DNA of 64,000 nucleotides from Candidatus Latescibacterota bacterium (GTDB lineage: Bacteria; Latescibacterota; CBDEFO01): the NCBI GenBank assembly GCA_965237525.1, contig CBDEFO010000008.1:192001-256000 (forward strand), written 5' to 3'. The number at the start of each line of letters is the position of its first letter. Position 1 is the first letter of the stretch. Positions 44,463 through 54,206 of the stretch are shown in pieces. The notes beneath the pieces were generated by a model that was given only the letters and a program-made list of their open reading frames with translations, did no database searches and was not told where the DNA came from. The translations under genes were made by a program, and so were the position numbers.

Positions 44463-45308
44463 TTACATTTTCCTGTCATAAGGGTGGAAGATCGTCTGTC
44501 CACCTACTCTAAAATCCTCTATTATCTTCTGCCCCTGTGGCGAGGTCATCCAGCCTATCAGCGCCATAGAATAGACATAGTTTACGTGGGGGTGAATACT
44601 CGGATTGATCGCTATGACTCCGTAGGGGTTGAACAACGCAGAGTCGCCTTCAAACAACACCACAATATCAACTTTTCGCGAATACGCAAGGAGTGTTCCT
44701 CTATCAATCAGGACGTAGGCCCCCTTCTCATCTGCTATCTGAAGCGTAGCCCCCATGCCCTGACCCGTCTCTATGTACCATTTTCCCGTCCGCGACCCCG
44801 GATTGAATCTATTGGGGGTCAATCGGGGATCTACCCCAGCCTTTTCCCATATCTCCATCTCCTTTTTATGAGTCCCGGAGTCGTCTGCTCTGGAGGCAAA
44901 AAGGGAGTTCTTTTCAAATATCCTCTTCATCGCCGAGAGAGCATCAGAGGTTTGAGCTATCCCAGCAGGGTCATCTCTTGGACCTGCTATCACAAAGTTG
45001 TTGTACATTACATCTCGTCTGTTGACCCCGAAGGCCTTTTCTGCGAAGTCTTCCTCGGCTTTCCTTGCATGCACGAGCACGACATCAACATCTCCGTTCT
45101 CCCCCAACTTTAGCGCTTTCCCCGTCCCCACAGCTATTACATCCACCTTAACACCAAATAGTTTCTCAAAAGGAGGGAGTAGCTCTAAAAGGAGACCTGA
45201 ATTTTCGGTACTCGTGGTCGTTGCAAGCTTTATTCTCTCTTGGGCATCCGCCGGAGACCATAAAAGGGTACAGATCAAAAGGAGGCTAATGGCTGCTATA
45301 ACCCTCAT
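44463..45308 (-). CDS. tupA: Tungstate-binding protein with palindrome-derived insertion
   Basis: ATTTSTENSGLL, VGTGKAL, SRADDSGTH, GQGMG. Confidence 0.93.
   Translation of the reverse strand: MRVIAAISLLLICTLLWSPADAQERIKLATTTSTENSGLLLELLPPFEKLFGVKVDVIAVGTGKALKLGENGDVDVVLVHARKAEEDFAEKAFGVNRRDVMYNNFVIAGPRDDPAGIAQTSDALSAMKRIFEKNSLFASRADDSGTHKKEMEIWEKAGVDPRLTPNRFNPGSRTGKWYIETGQGMGATLQIADEKGAYVLIDRGTLLAYSRKVDIVVLFEGDSALFNPYGVIAINPSIHPHVNYVYSMALIGWMTSPQGQKIIEDFRVGGQTIFHPYDRKM
44794..44828 (-). repeat. Palindrome plus half copy (copy h), in-frame inside tupA
   Basis: GACCCCGGATTGAATCTATTGGGGGTCAATCGGGG then ATC; encodes PRLTPNRFNPGS. Confidence 0.85.
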
Positions 45309-46364
45309 CTATGCCTCCATATCGAGCAGAGTCTTAACCGCCGTAGCTCCTCTCTCTTCAAATTTGTCTAGTCCCTCCGTTACTCCTTGAGCAAGTGGAA
45401 GCGTCCCTGTGATGATGGCATCAGGAGCCATCCGTCCGTCCGCTATAAGCGAAAGGACTATCGGGAACTCGTCCCCATATCCCAGAGATGTTACAAGCGA
45501 TTTTTCTCCGCTCATCAGATCGTTGAAATTGTACCCAAAGGGCTCGGTGAATATGCCTACGAGGCAGGCAATTCCCTGCTTCCTGATGATGTCCACGCAC
45601 ATCTTAGCGGTAGCTTCCACGCCGACGCACTCTATAGCCAAGTCCACACCTATTCCATCAGTGAGCTGGAAGACAGCCTCAACCGGATCCACTTTGCCCG
45701 GGTTTATCACCTCTGTTGCTCCCAAATCTCTTGCAAATTTCTCCTTGACCTCCGACTTTTCCAGGACATAAATTTGGGACGCACCTGCCGCTTTGGCGCA
45801 CTGCAGCGTGCAAAGACCTATCGTACCTCCTCCTACAATCGCTACCCTATCTCCCACACTTATCTCCGCTCGTTTGAGGGCGTGCATTCCCACAGAGAGC
45901 GGCTCGATCAGAGCACCCAACTGATACGACGCAGAGTCCGGCAATCTATGACATGACCACTCAGGGACTACCGTATATTCTGCAAATCCACCGTCCCTGT
46001 TGAAGCCTATGAACGCGCCTTGTTGGCATACAGCGTACAGTCCCCTTCGGCAGTAGTAACAATCCAGACACGGATCGCAGGCGTTGACGCAGACCCTATC
46101 GCCTACTGTAATCCTTTTTACATTGCTCCCGATTTCCACAACCTCTCCAGAAAACTCGTGTCCTAAAACTATCGGAGCTCCCCTCCCGGTCCTCGGATGA
46201 GGCTTAGCAGAAAGGTATATAGGTCCGTAGGAGTACTCCGTAAAATCCGTGTGGCAAAGACCGGCGTACTTAACCTTGATCTTGACCTCGTTTTGTCCTA
46301 TCTGTGGCTCAGGAAAGTCCTCATACCTTAAGTCTTTCCTTGCGTGCCATACCAAAGCTTTCAT
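45309..46364 (-). CDS. Zinc-dependent MDR dehydrogenase (2,3-butanediol dehydrogenase-like)
   Basis: CHTD, GHEFSG, CxxCxxC, GGGTIG. Confidence 0.9.
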   Translation of the reverse strand: MKALVWHARKDLRYEDFPEPQIGQNEVKIKVKYAGLCHTDFTEYSYGPIYLSAKPHPRTGRGAPIVLGHEFSGEVVEIGSNVKRITVGDRVCVNACDPCLDCYYCRRGLYAVCQQGAFIGFNRDGGFAEYTVVPEWSCHRLPDSASYQLGALIEPLSVGMHALKRAEISVGDRVAIVGGGTIGLCTLQCAKAAGASQIYVLEKSEVKEKFARDLGATEVINPGKVDPVEAVFQLTDGIGVDLAIECVGVEATAKMCVDIIRKQGIACLVGIFTEPFGYNFNDLMSGEKSLVTSLGYGDEFPIVLSLIADGRMAPDAIITGTLPLAQGVTEGLDKFEERGATAVKTLLDMEA

Positions 46365-46708
46365 CAGTCTATCTCCTTATCGTTACCGATTTTGTACTCC
46401 TGCACCTTCTCCTATTATCCTTTCCTACGCTCTATTCATCTGAATTCTACTGAGGAAAGTCCTTGACATAGTTCTATTTACTATTTATTTTGATTTGAAG
46501 TATTGTCTTAGACAGCGCTCATAACGCATATAATGTTGAATCTCCACAAGACATAGTACCGAATTTAGGGATTAAGCTCGAACTTGTCAACAAGAAAGTC
46601 AGAAGAAACTGTGCTGCCGATGGCAAGTGGCATTTAAGTTATCTGCGAAATTAAAGGGAATCTGTGTAGTCTATTCTAACACCGAAGGAGCAAAAAAGGA
46701 GCAACACA

Positions 46709-47566
46709 ATGTTCAAGAACTTAAGTACTGATGCGATAGGAATTCAATGCAGTTTAGTTGAGGCTGTCGAAATTGCCAAAACTGCAGGATTTGAAGGTAT
46801 AGACATCTCAATAGAGGAGGTAGCAGATCTTGCTGATGAAAAGTCGATTGACTACGTATTAGAGATATTCAAAACAGCGGGGATCAGGATGGGGGGATGG
46901 ATGCTGCCTGCAACCTGGCTCGGTGATGAGTCTTCCCACAACGAAGGACTGCAGAAGCTCCCTCGCTTGGCTCGCGTCGCTCAGTCTATAGGATGCTTGA
47001 GAATAATCGCCTGGGTTTGGCCATTGTCGGATGAAAGGCCGTATAAAGAGAACTTCGACTGGCAGGTTGCACGCTTCAGGCCTATTGCCGAAATCCTGAA
47101 AGAATACGACTGCCGTCTCAGTTTAGAATTCATCGGCCCTGCGACGTTGAGGAAGGACCACAAAAAAGACCACAAATATGAATTTATCTATACGATAGAC
47201 GGCGTGCTCGAACTGTGTGTGGCCATCGGGACGGGAAATGTGGGTCTCCTTCTGGACTGCTACCATTGGTACACATCCCATGGCACACTGGACGATCTGG
47301 AGAAGCTGACATCAGATCAGGTAGTTTACGTCCACATCAACGACGCGCCCTCTGGGATTAAGGTGGACGAGCAGATGGACAGGGTCAGGTGTCTGCCGGG
47401 GGAGACAGGCGTAATAGACATTTCCAGCTTCATGAGGAGCCTGCGCAAGACGGGTTACGACGGCCCTGTGGCGGTTGAACCGTTCAACGAGACAGTAACA
47501 AAGATGGACCCTCTGGATGCGGCAAGGGCGACCTACGAGGCCCTGTCTGGAGTCTGGGGATCGTAA
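46709..47566 (+). CDS. Sugar phosphate isomerase/epimerase (TIM barrel)
   Basis: LEFIGP, LLLDCYHW, VHINDA, VEPF. Confidence 0.9.
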   Translation: MFKNLSTDAIGIQCSLVEAVEIAKTAGFEGIDISIEEVADLADEKSIDYVLEIFKTAGIRMGGWMLPATWLGDESSHNEGLQKLPRLARVAQSIGCLRIIAWVWPLSDERPYKENFDWQVARFRPIAEILKEYDCRLSLEFIGPATLRKDHKKDHKYEFIYTIDGVLELCVAIGTGNVGLLLDCYHWYTSHGTLDDLEKLTSDQVVYVHINDAPSGIKVDEQMDRVRCLPGETGVIDISSFMRSLRKTGYDGPVAVEPFNETVTKMDPLDAARATYEALSGVWGS

Positions 47567-47571
47567 ATCTC

Positions 47572-48365
47572 CTATGCAAACTGTCTGAGATATTCTATTG
47601 CCTTGATGAAACCCTCTTCTCTGCCCAGTGCGCTGTCTTCGTGCTCTATGCTCAAAACGTTGTTGTAGCCATTTCGCCTGAGAGCGGCGATGAATTGCCC
47701 CCATTTTATCTTGCCGTAGCCGGGGATACAGCAGCGCCACCAGCCCTCCGGGCTTTGAGAACTCTGGTTGCCCCAGTATTTGAGTCTATGCTCGATCACT
47801 TCTGTGTCCTTGGCGTGAACGTGGAATATCCTGTCGGCGAAGCGATCGACAGCCAAGATGTAGTCTATGTCCTGCCAGAGCAGGTGCGACGGATCGAAGT
47901 TGAGTCCGAAGTTCTCATTGGGAAGGACCTGGGAGAAGGACCTGGAATATCCTGTCCCAGCTACCCAGTTTTCTAAGGCTATCTTTATCCCTTTTTCCTC
48001 AGCGTGCTGCAAGATAGGTACATAAACCGCTGGAACATCCTCCTCGATAGTCTGCATTCTGTCCTTACCAGGCACAGGCGATCCCTCCATAGCACAGACG
48101 ACGTCAGTGCCTAAAAGGGCGGCGGCGTCTATGACGGATATCAGCTTTGAAGAGTTGTCCACTCTTTTTTCGGGATCGGTCATGTTTAGAAAGGACTCAA
48201 GGGCCGATATTCTCAAGTTTTTGGCCTTCAGCATCCCACAGATCTGATCGGCTTCCCAGGACCGAATTTATTTTCCAGTGCGTCAAATCGAGCCTGGCTT
48301 GCAAAATACGCAACCGCTTGTAGGGATTCGCTTCCAAAGAGCGCCGTTGACAGTCCAATTTCCAT
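47572..48365 (-). pseudogene. Sugar phosphate isomerase/epimerase, frameshifted near 48250
   Basis: N-terminus MEIGLSTALF... is in a different frame from FDPSHLLWQ / HVHAKD / SIEHED. Confidence 0.75.
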
Positions 48366-48447
48366 TATAGTCTCCTTTCAAAACAAAAATAGCCCCATCA
48401 ATGTTCATCAGGGGCCACAAAAATTACCGCTTAATCTCGGCAATCGG

Positions 48448-48975
48448 TCAGACTATCTCTTGCAATTTTTTCTTTTGCCGTATTTTCTCCAGCTGTTCGG
48501 CTGACTGATGCAGCCTCAGTGTCAAGAAACATCCGAGCTTATGGGCAATCTTCACTCCCAAGCGGGGATTGCGATCCATAAGACCTAAAAAATCAGGTCT
48601 GAAGAAACCTATCATCTCGCAGTCCTCACAAGCCACAGCAGAGGCAGAGCGCGGCAGTTCATTCAAAAGGGAGAATTCACCTGTGAAGGCGCCCTGCTCC
48701 AGATGCGCAATCTTCAATGATCCTCCTCCATCTAACTCCTTGAGAATGTCGATACTACCCTTTCTGATGATGTACATCCCCAATCCAGGATTCCCCTCTC
48801 TGAATATCTTCTCCCCTTTTGAGAACTTCCGCTTGTGGACTATCCTTTCTATATTCCTCAGTTCGCTTTTAGAGAGTCCTTCGAATATAGGAACTTCAGC
48901 AAGGACATCGCAAAGATCGTCCTGAGAATCCTTCTTATCCTTAAAGATATTTCCCCACAGAGCGTCAACGGACAT
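48448..48975 (-). CDS. Cyclic nucleotide-binding domain protein
   Basis: IFREG, YIIRKGS, GEFSL...PRSASA. Confidence 0.9.
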   Translation of the reverse strand: MSVDALWGNIFKDKKDSQDDLCDVLAEVPIFEGLSKSELRNIERIVHKRKFSKGEKIFREGNPGLGMYIIRKGSIDILKELDGGGSLKIAHLEQGAFTGEFSLLNELPRSASAVACEDCEMIGFFRPDFLGLMDRNPRLGVKIAHKLGCFLTLRLHQSAEQLEKIRQKKKLQEIV

Positions 48976-49010
48976 CGTAGAATATAGTTTATGACGTTAA
49001 GGACAACTAA

Positions 49011-49238
49011 CCCGAATAATCCACAAAAAAGGACGTGTTTTAATTAAGGGTTTGTATTATGTTATAGTTATGCCGTTTAACCACCTTCGGTGTCATTGCG
49101 AGCCCAAGGCGAAGCAATCTCGATTCTGTGGTAGATGTAATACTCTCCGGCTCTCATAGGAGACCACTATAAAACCTTGAGATTGCTTCGTCGCTTTGCT
49201 CCTCGCAATGACTCCAGCAAGTTTATGAATTAATCGGG
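49011..49238. mobile_element. MITE-like element with nested GTCATTGCGAG repeat (49092-49212)
   Basis: Imperfect terminal IRs CCCGAATAATCCACAAA / TTTATGAATTAATCGGG; flanks CTAA and TTAA. Confidence 0.6.
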
Positions 49239-49274
49239 TTAATAGAGATTTTACGAGAGGTGCAAAGGACCTCT

Positions 49275-49619
49275 TTATCGTTTCTGCTTTTTGGTCCTTT
49301 TCTCTTCGAGCTTAGTTATCTTATCCCTGATCTCGGCGGCCTGCTCGTAGGCCTCTTCTTCCACCAGACGCCTAAGTTGAGCGTTTAGTCGTTCTAACTC
49401 GATCTCGTGTCCGACTTGCTTGTACTCATCTACCTCACCGGATAGGGTAACGATATTGTCGGCTTTTCCTTTTGTCACAGCTACAGGCCTTCCGAGCTTG
49501 CTTCTGTTGCGTCTCCTCATCTTTCTGAACTTCACGTAGCCGCTGAGAGTGGAGATAACCACCAGAGCGCCAGTCAATACGACCAGCCAGATGATCACCC
49601 ATATAGGTATATCGGGCAT
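49275..49619 (-). CDS. Membrane-anchored UvrB/UvrC-motif protein
   Basis: N-terminal TM; EEAYEQAAEIRDKI. Confidence 0.75.
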   Translation of the reverse strand: MPDIPIWVIIWLVVLTGALVVISTLSGYVKFRKMRRRNRSKLGRPVAVTKGKADNIVTLSGEVDEYKQVGHEIELERLNAQLRRLVEEEAYEQAAEIRDKITKLEEKRTKKQKR

Positions 49620-49878
49620 GTCGTCTTCCTTTCCAGCAAAGATAGCACCTCAAGGACCAAAGAGGACTATCCGGTCTAACAGAATATTTCCATCAGTGCT
49701 AATATACCGAAAGTGTATGTAATAGTCAAGAGGAATGTCCTGTTATGTTCATAGAATTGTCTTGATCAGATGTACACTCTTCATTATCTTATTTATGTCC
49801 GAATAATGTCAAGATTACTAGCCGCACTTAACACGCACCTATCACAATCGAAGTTGACATACAAAAAGGAGCCAGATA

Positions 49879-50817
49879 ATGGACATAACCGAAGTGAAGC
49901 AGACCCTCTGTGGACCTATGATACCTGTAATCTCGGTCTTAAAACCGGATCTGAGTCTGGATATCGAGGGAACCCAGTTCAACGTTCGCGACGTAGTAGA
50001 AAGGGGATTTACAAGGGGAAAAGGCGTCCTTTTAGCGGTCGGTGCCGGCGGAGACTTTCCTATGATGACCGTTCAGGAGAGAAAAGATGTAACAAGGGCT
50101 ATAGTTGATGCCGCAGTTGGCAAAGTTCCTGTCCTTACAGGAGCACAGGATACAGACCCTAAAGTCTGCATAGAGATCGCCCAGTTTGCAGAGGAAGTAG
50201 GAGCTTACGGCATTCAGTTGTCCGCACCATACTACTACCAGCCTTCGGACGATGACGTTATAAAGCACGTTACGTCTATCCACGATGCGACAGAAAGAAT
50301 TGCCATTATGATCTATAACACATGGTGGCACGGATATAACATGCCCCTGGACGTACTAGACACGCTTTCTCAATTAGATCGCGTCGTATCTTTGAAATGG
50401 TCTACTCCCGACGGGGCGAAGTCCTACACTAAAGGTATATCCAGATTCTCTGGCAGATTGGCTATCGTGGATAATCAGGGACTTCAGGTGTTGAGTTACA
50501 TGCTCGGCGGCACAGGTTACATCACGCACCTGGCGACGGTGTGGCCGGAACATGACCTGTCCCTCCACGAGCAGATGAAAAACGGGGACTATATGTCCGC
50601 ATTGGAGGGCTTTAAAGATGCGAACTGGCCCTGGGGAGATTTCAGGGGCAAGATGGCGCAAAGGACAGGTGGAGAGGCAAACGTCGTCAAGGCAGCGTTG
50701 GAGCTATGCGGACGACCCGCCGGACCCTCAAGACCTCCCACGAGGGCGTTGAATAGTGACGAACGCGAAGAACTCAGGCAACTTTTGATCAAAATCGGCG
50801 TTCCGAATGTCAAGTAA
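49879..50817 (+). CDS. Dihydrodipicolinate synthase family aldolase
   Basis: GAGGDF, APYY, MIYN, LKWS, RPP. Confidence 0.88.
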   Translation: MDITEVKQTLCGPMIPVISVLKPDLSLDIEGTQFNVRDVVERGFTRGKGVLLAVGAGGDFPMMTVQERKDVTRAIVDAAVGKVPVLTGAQDTDPKVCIEIAQFAEEVGAYGIQLSAPYYYQPSDDDVIKHVTSIHDATERIAIMIYNTWWHGYNMPLDVLDTLSQLDRVVSLKWSTPDGAKSYTKGISRFSGRLAIVDNQGLQVLSYMLGGTGYITHLATVWPEHDLSLHEQMKNGDYMSALEGFKDANWPWGDFRGKMAQRTGGEANVVKAALELCGRPAGPSRPPTRALNSDEREELRQLLIKIGVPNVK

Positions 50818-50867
50818 GATCGGGACTATAGTTGATCTCGATCTGTGAAATATATAGGAGAAATCAA

Positions 50868-51551
50868 ATGGCTGCTGATCTGACGTCCGAGCAACTGGAT
50901 GCATTAAGGAGCTTCGACAGCCCTACTATTGCCAACGCTATTGAAGCCTTTGAAGTCAGGGGACTCATAGAGGGTTTTATGGGCTTAGACATAAAGTGCC
51001 GCTTTCCCGATATGGGGGTGATGTTGGGATACGCCGTGACGGCGACAGCCGACAGCATGACGCCCAGAAGGCCCAAAGACAGAAGACCCGTCTTGGAGCT
51101 GTGGAGAACGCTTGAGGCGTCGCCCAATCCTGCGGTCTTAGTCTTCCAGGACGTGGGACCAAAGCCCCTCCAAAGCTGTCACTTCGGAGATAATATGGCG
51201 CATATCGCAATGAGATTAGGCGCTCTGGGACTGATCACCAACGGAGGGGTCAGGGATTTGGAGGAGGTAGAAGCTATAGGATTTCAATATTTTGCTGCGG
51301 GGACTGTCGTCTCTCACGGAAATCACGGGATCGTAGATGTCAGTGTACCTGTAGTGCTGAGCGGTGTCAGGATAGAGCCCGGAGATCTCATACACTCCGA
51401 TAAGAACGGCGTGGTCGTCATCCCCGGAGAGATAGCCGAGGTGGTAGCCAAGGAGGCTATGCAGGTGAGAGAAAGAGAGAGCAAGATAGTGGAGTTTGTG
51501 GACGGCCCTGACTTTTCGCTGGATGGATTAGCCAAGATGTATGGTCTATAA
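50868..51551 (+). CDS. RraA/HMG-aldolase family protein
   Basis: DSPTIANAIE, GYAVTA, TNGGVRD, PGDLIHSDKNGV. Confidence 0.9.
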   Translation: MAADLTSEQLDALRSFDSPTIANAIEAFEVRGLIEGFMGLDIKCRFPDMGVMLGYAVTATADSMTPRRPKDRRPVLELWRTLEASPNPAVLVFQDVGPKPLQSCHFGDNMAHIAMRLGALGLITNGGVRDLEEVEAIGFQYFAAGTVVSHGNHGIVDVSVPVVLSGVRIEPGDLIHSDKNGVVVIPGEIAEVVAKEAMQVRERESKIVEFVDGPDFSLDGLAKMYGL

Positions 51552-51692
51552 CGTTGATTAATAGTAATGATCTATCTTCTTAAGCGGGCAAGGAGTCCTT
51601 GAGTCAACATATCCTCCGATCCATTGCAATAGTTGCGGAGTACTTTTTCAACAAATTCAGTTCGGATAATTTACCACGTAGGAAGGATAGTT

Positions 51693-52094
51693 ATGTATAA
51701 ATGGAACCTTGTCCTGACTTTGATTACGACACTTTCGTTATTTAGATGTGCAACGACAAACAAAATGCGTACCGCCCCACTTTCCGCTGGTGTTCCACGA
51801 ATATTCACTGCCGATTATAATCGAGTTTTAAAAGTAGCTCAAGAAGCTGTTGTTGAAGCTGGGTTGATGATTGAAGATGTTAATCAAGTTAATGATAAAG
51901 CTTGGATGATAATAGGCAAGAAAGGTGCTTCAGGTTGGAGTGTAGGGGAGCTTGTCCGTGTTGTAGTTGAAGAGATGAATGATGCCAAAACAATCGTACG
52001 AGTGTATACAAAAAGAAGGCTTGCTACAAATATTACGGCCAAAGGGGATTACTCTCAATCTATTCTATCAAATATAGATTTGAAGCTGCAGTAG
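51693..52094 (+). CDS. Hypothetical lipoprotein
   Basis: RBS, hydrophobic leader ending LFRC; AT-rich. Confidence 0.65.
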   Translation: MYKWNLVLTLITTLSLFRCATTNKMRTAPLSAGVPRIFTADYNRVLKVAQEAVVEAGLMIEDVNQVNDKAWMIIGKKGASGWSVGELVRVVVEEMNDAKTIVRVYTKRRLATNITAKGDYSQSILSNIDLKLQ

Positions 52095-52123
52095 AACAAT
52101 GCCATCGCCTAACATACATTAGA

Positions 52124-53425
52124 GGTTGAATATCAAATGAAATCGGTGCAACTAATTTGATCTTTGTTTAGAGTATTAGTAGATTAAGTTGAGTTGATTG
52201 TCTTAACTTTAATCTACGGAGTCCTATGGACAAAGAGAGATTGGCCGTATTAAGACAAGAAGTCAACGAGATGTATTTTAAGAAAGAAATGTCAAAGCGA
52301 GAAGTTATCAAACAAGCGAGAGTTTCCAATGATTTCGTTACGGCTTGGACTAAATCTCTGGATCAGGATTTTGCCATAGATAATCGGGGTTGGCCAAAAG
52401 GAAAAAGGCGAAAATTGGCTAAAGTTGACGAACAGAGAATCAAAGAGATTTACCATAGCTTAGAGGACGATCCTTATCAGTTCTATTCAGGAGCCACTGT
52501 TATTGAACAAGAATGGAGGAATCGATATTCTAGCACCCCTCCTCCGTCGTTGCCGACTATCGGCAGAATGCTTTCAGATTTAGGACTTTCCCAGAGAAGG
52601 AAGAAAGGTAAAAACAAGGGTGCATCTCGTTATCTTTGTTATCCAGAGTATACCATTTACTATCTTTCAGGAGGCAGAGTCCTAGAATCAGACTTTATTG
52701 GTAAAAAGTATCTTACCGGCAGAACTGAGCCGGTCAACTTCGTTGGATTTTCCTTTAAGAAAGAGCCTAAGTTAAGGTATTTTCGGCGGGTTGACGGTCA
52801 AACAGCAACTAACTTTATCGAGAAGTGTCAGTCTTTCTTTGACAGGTTTGAAAAACCAGATTTCGTTAAGGTGGACAATTGCTCGGCGACTATTGGCAGT
52901 GTTTCAGGTAAAAGGAATGTCAGCAAAGCAATGCAGTTTCTCTTGAAAAATCAAGTGATTCCGATATTTGCCGTTCCCAGAAGGCCCTTTTCTCAAGCAT
53001 CTATAGAAGGCAACAATTCTGTATTTTCAAGGAAGTTCTGGAACAGAATTCAGTTCAAAAGCTTACAAGAAGTTGATCAGAAGTTAGAATGGTTTAATCT
53101 TTCATCACAGAGATACACCGGCTACCGTCCACCTAAGCAAGAGAAGTCAAACGAGAAAGATTTCATTCCCAAGACCTATTTTATCAGACAAGTCAAACAG
53201 GACACAGAACAGACAGATAAAGCCTTTATCGATGTCCTAAATGAGAAAGTATCTCTTCCCTCCTCTTACACCAACTACTTTGTCCTGGCTGAATGGAACC
53301 TAAAAGAAGAACAATTATACATCCATTTTGAAAAAGAACAGAAACCAAAGATTGTCGAAAACCTATCATTCAAGATCAATCAAAGATCGAAAGAGAAGTG
53401 CACCGATTTCATTTGATAAATAACC
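52124..53425 (+). mobile_element. 1302-bp IS, copy B
   Basis: Same IRs as copy A; 6-bp duplication ATTAGA. Confidence 0.92.
52226..53416 (+). CDS. DDE integrase-like transposase
   Basis: Near-identical to 35169..36359 (P/L change seen at TKSxD). Confidence 0.8.
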   Translation: MDKERLAVLRQEVNEMYFKKEMSKREVIKQARVSNDFVTAWTKSLDQDFAIDNRGWPKGKRRKLAKVDEQRIKEIYHSLEDDPYQFYSGATVIEQEWRNRYSSTPPPSLPTIGRMLSDLGLSQRRKKGKNKGASRYLCYPEYTIYYLSGGRVLESDFIGKKYLTGRTEPVNFVGFSFKKEPKLRYFRRVDGQTATNFIEKCQSFFDRFEKPDFVKVDNCSATIGSVSGKRNVSKAMQFLLKNQVIPIFAVPRRPFSQASIEGNNSVFSRKFWNRIQFKSLQEVDQKLEWFNLSSQRYTGYRPPKQEKSNEKDFIPKTYFIRQVKQDTEQTDKAFIDVLNEKVSLPSSYTNYFVLAEWNLKEEQLYIHFEKEQKPKIVENLSFKINQRSKEKCTDFI

Positions 53426-53550
53426 ATTAGAGGCTAAAACTCAAGACAAGAAAGTATCCCTACAAGGAATGCTATTGGGATTATTGGATAATAAATGCTC
53501 TTGAAAAGGGCAATCAATATTTTGAAGAGATTCATCCTTATGTTTGGCTT

Positions 53551-54129
53551 ATGGATGATCATAAATGGGCTTATTATGTGTGGGAAAAATATCGTTGTGA
53601 ATCTGTTCATAACCCACCATTTACGCTCGTCCACTTGGATCGTCATTGGGATGGAGTAGACGATTTTACAAATAATCCTTCAGAGAAAGAAAAGCTTATC
53701 AAAATAGATACTCTTAAACCGATATATCAATTATTAGCGTCGGGTTCGAATCTTATTCGAAAAGACTCCTTTATTGCTCCGGCAATTATGAGAGACTTAG
53801 TAAATGAAATACACTTTTATTGCAGACAGACTGACACAGAAATTGGAATAGACGAACCATTACTTCGAGAGTTCGAAGCAAGACAATTTATTCATGTGGA
53901 TATTAAATCTCTTATTGAAAGAGTTTCTGGCCAGCGAATATTTTTCGACATTAATTTGGATCTATTCAATAAATCTGATATGTTTCTTGAAGGTGATCTT
54001 TGGGAGGAAAATGAAATAGTAGATTTTATAGATCAATGTTCACCTATTTTGAAAAATTCCTCTACTATAACTATTTCAATGTCATTGGGTTACTCTGGAA
54101 CGCAACAAGATATGTATTATCTTACTTAG
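53551..54129 (+). CDS. UPF0489-like protein; start uncertain, stop possibly premature
   Basis: MDDHKWA, LVHLDRHWD, DSFI, DINLDLF; frame open upstream to the IS and for 12 codons after the TAG. Confidence 0.65.
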   Translation: MDDHKWAYYVWEKYRCESVHNPPFTLVHLDRHWDGVDDFTNNPSEKEKLIKIDTLKPIYQLLASGSNLIRKDSFIAPAIMRDLVNEIHFYCRQTDTEIGIDEPLLREFEARQFIHVDIKSLIERVSGQRIFFDINLDLFNKSDMFLEGDLWEENEIVDFIDQCSPILKNSSTITISMSLGYSGTQQDMYYLT

Positions 54130-54206
54130 CTTGTCGTTCCAAGGTTACTTCATTATTTTGAAATATAACGTAAAAGTATACACCTAAACAAGGAGTTCTT
54201 TAGTCT

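Noticed and set aside
1286..54129. TAG recoding or pyrrolysine, suggested by in-frame TAGs at 1286, 34336 and 54127
   Set aside because: The expected residues differ (Tyr, probably Trp, unknown) and intact genes such as hemL end in TAG; nonsense mutation is simpler.
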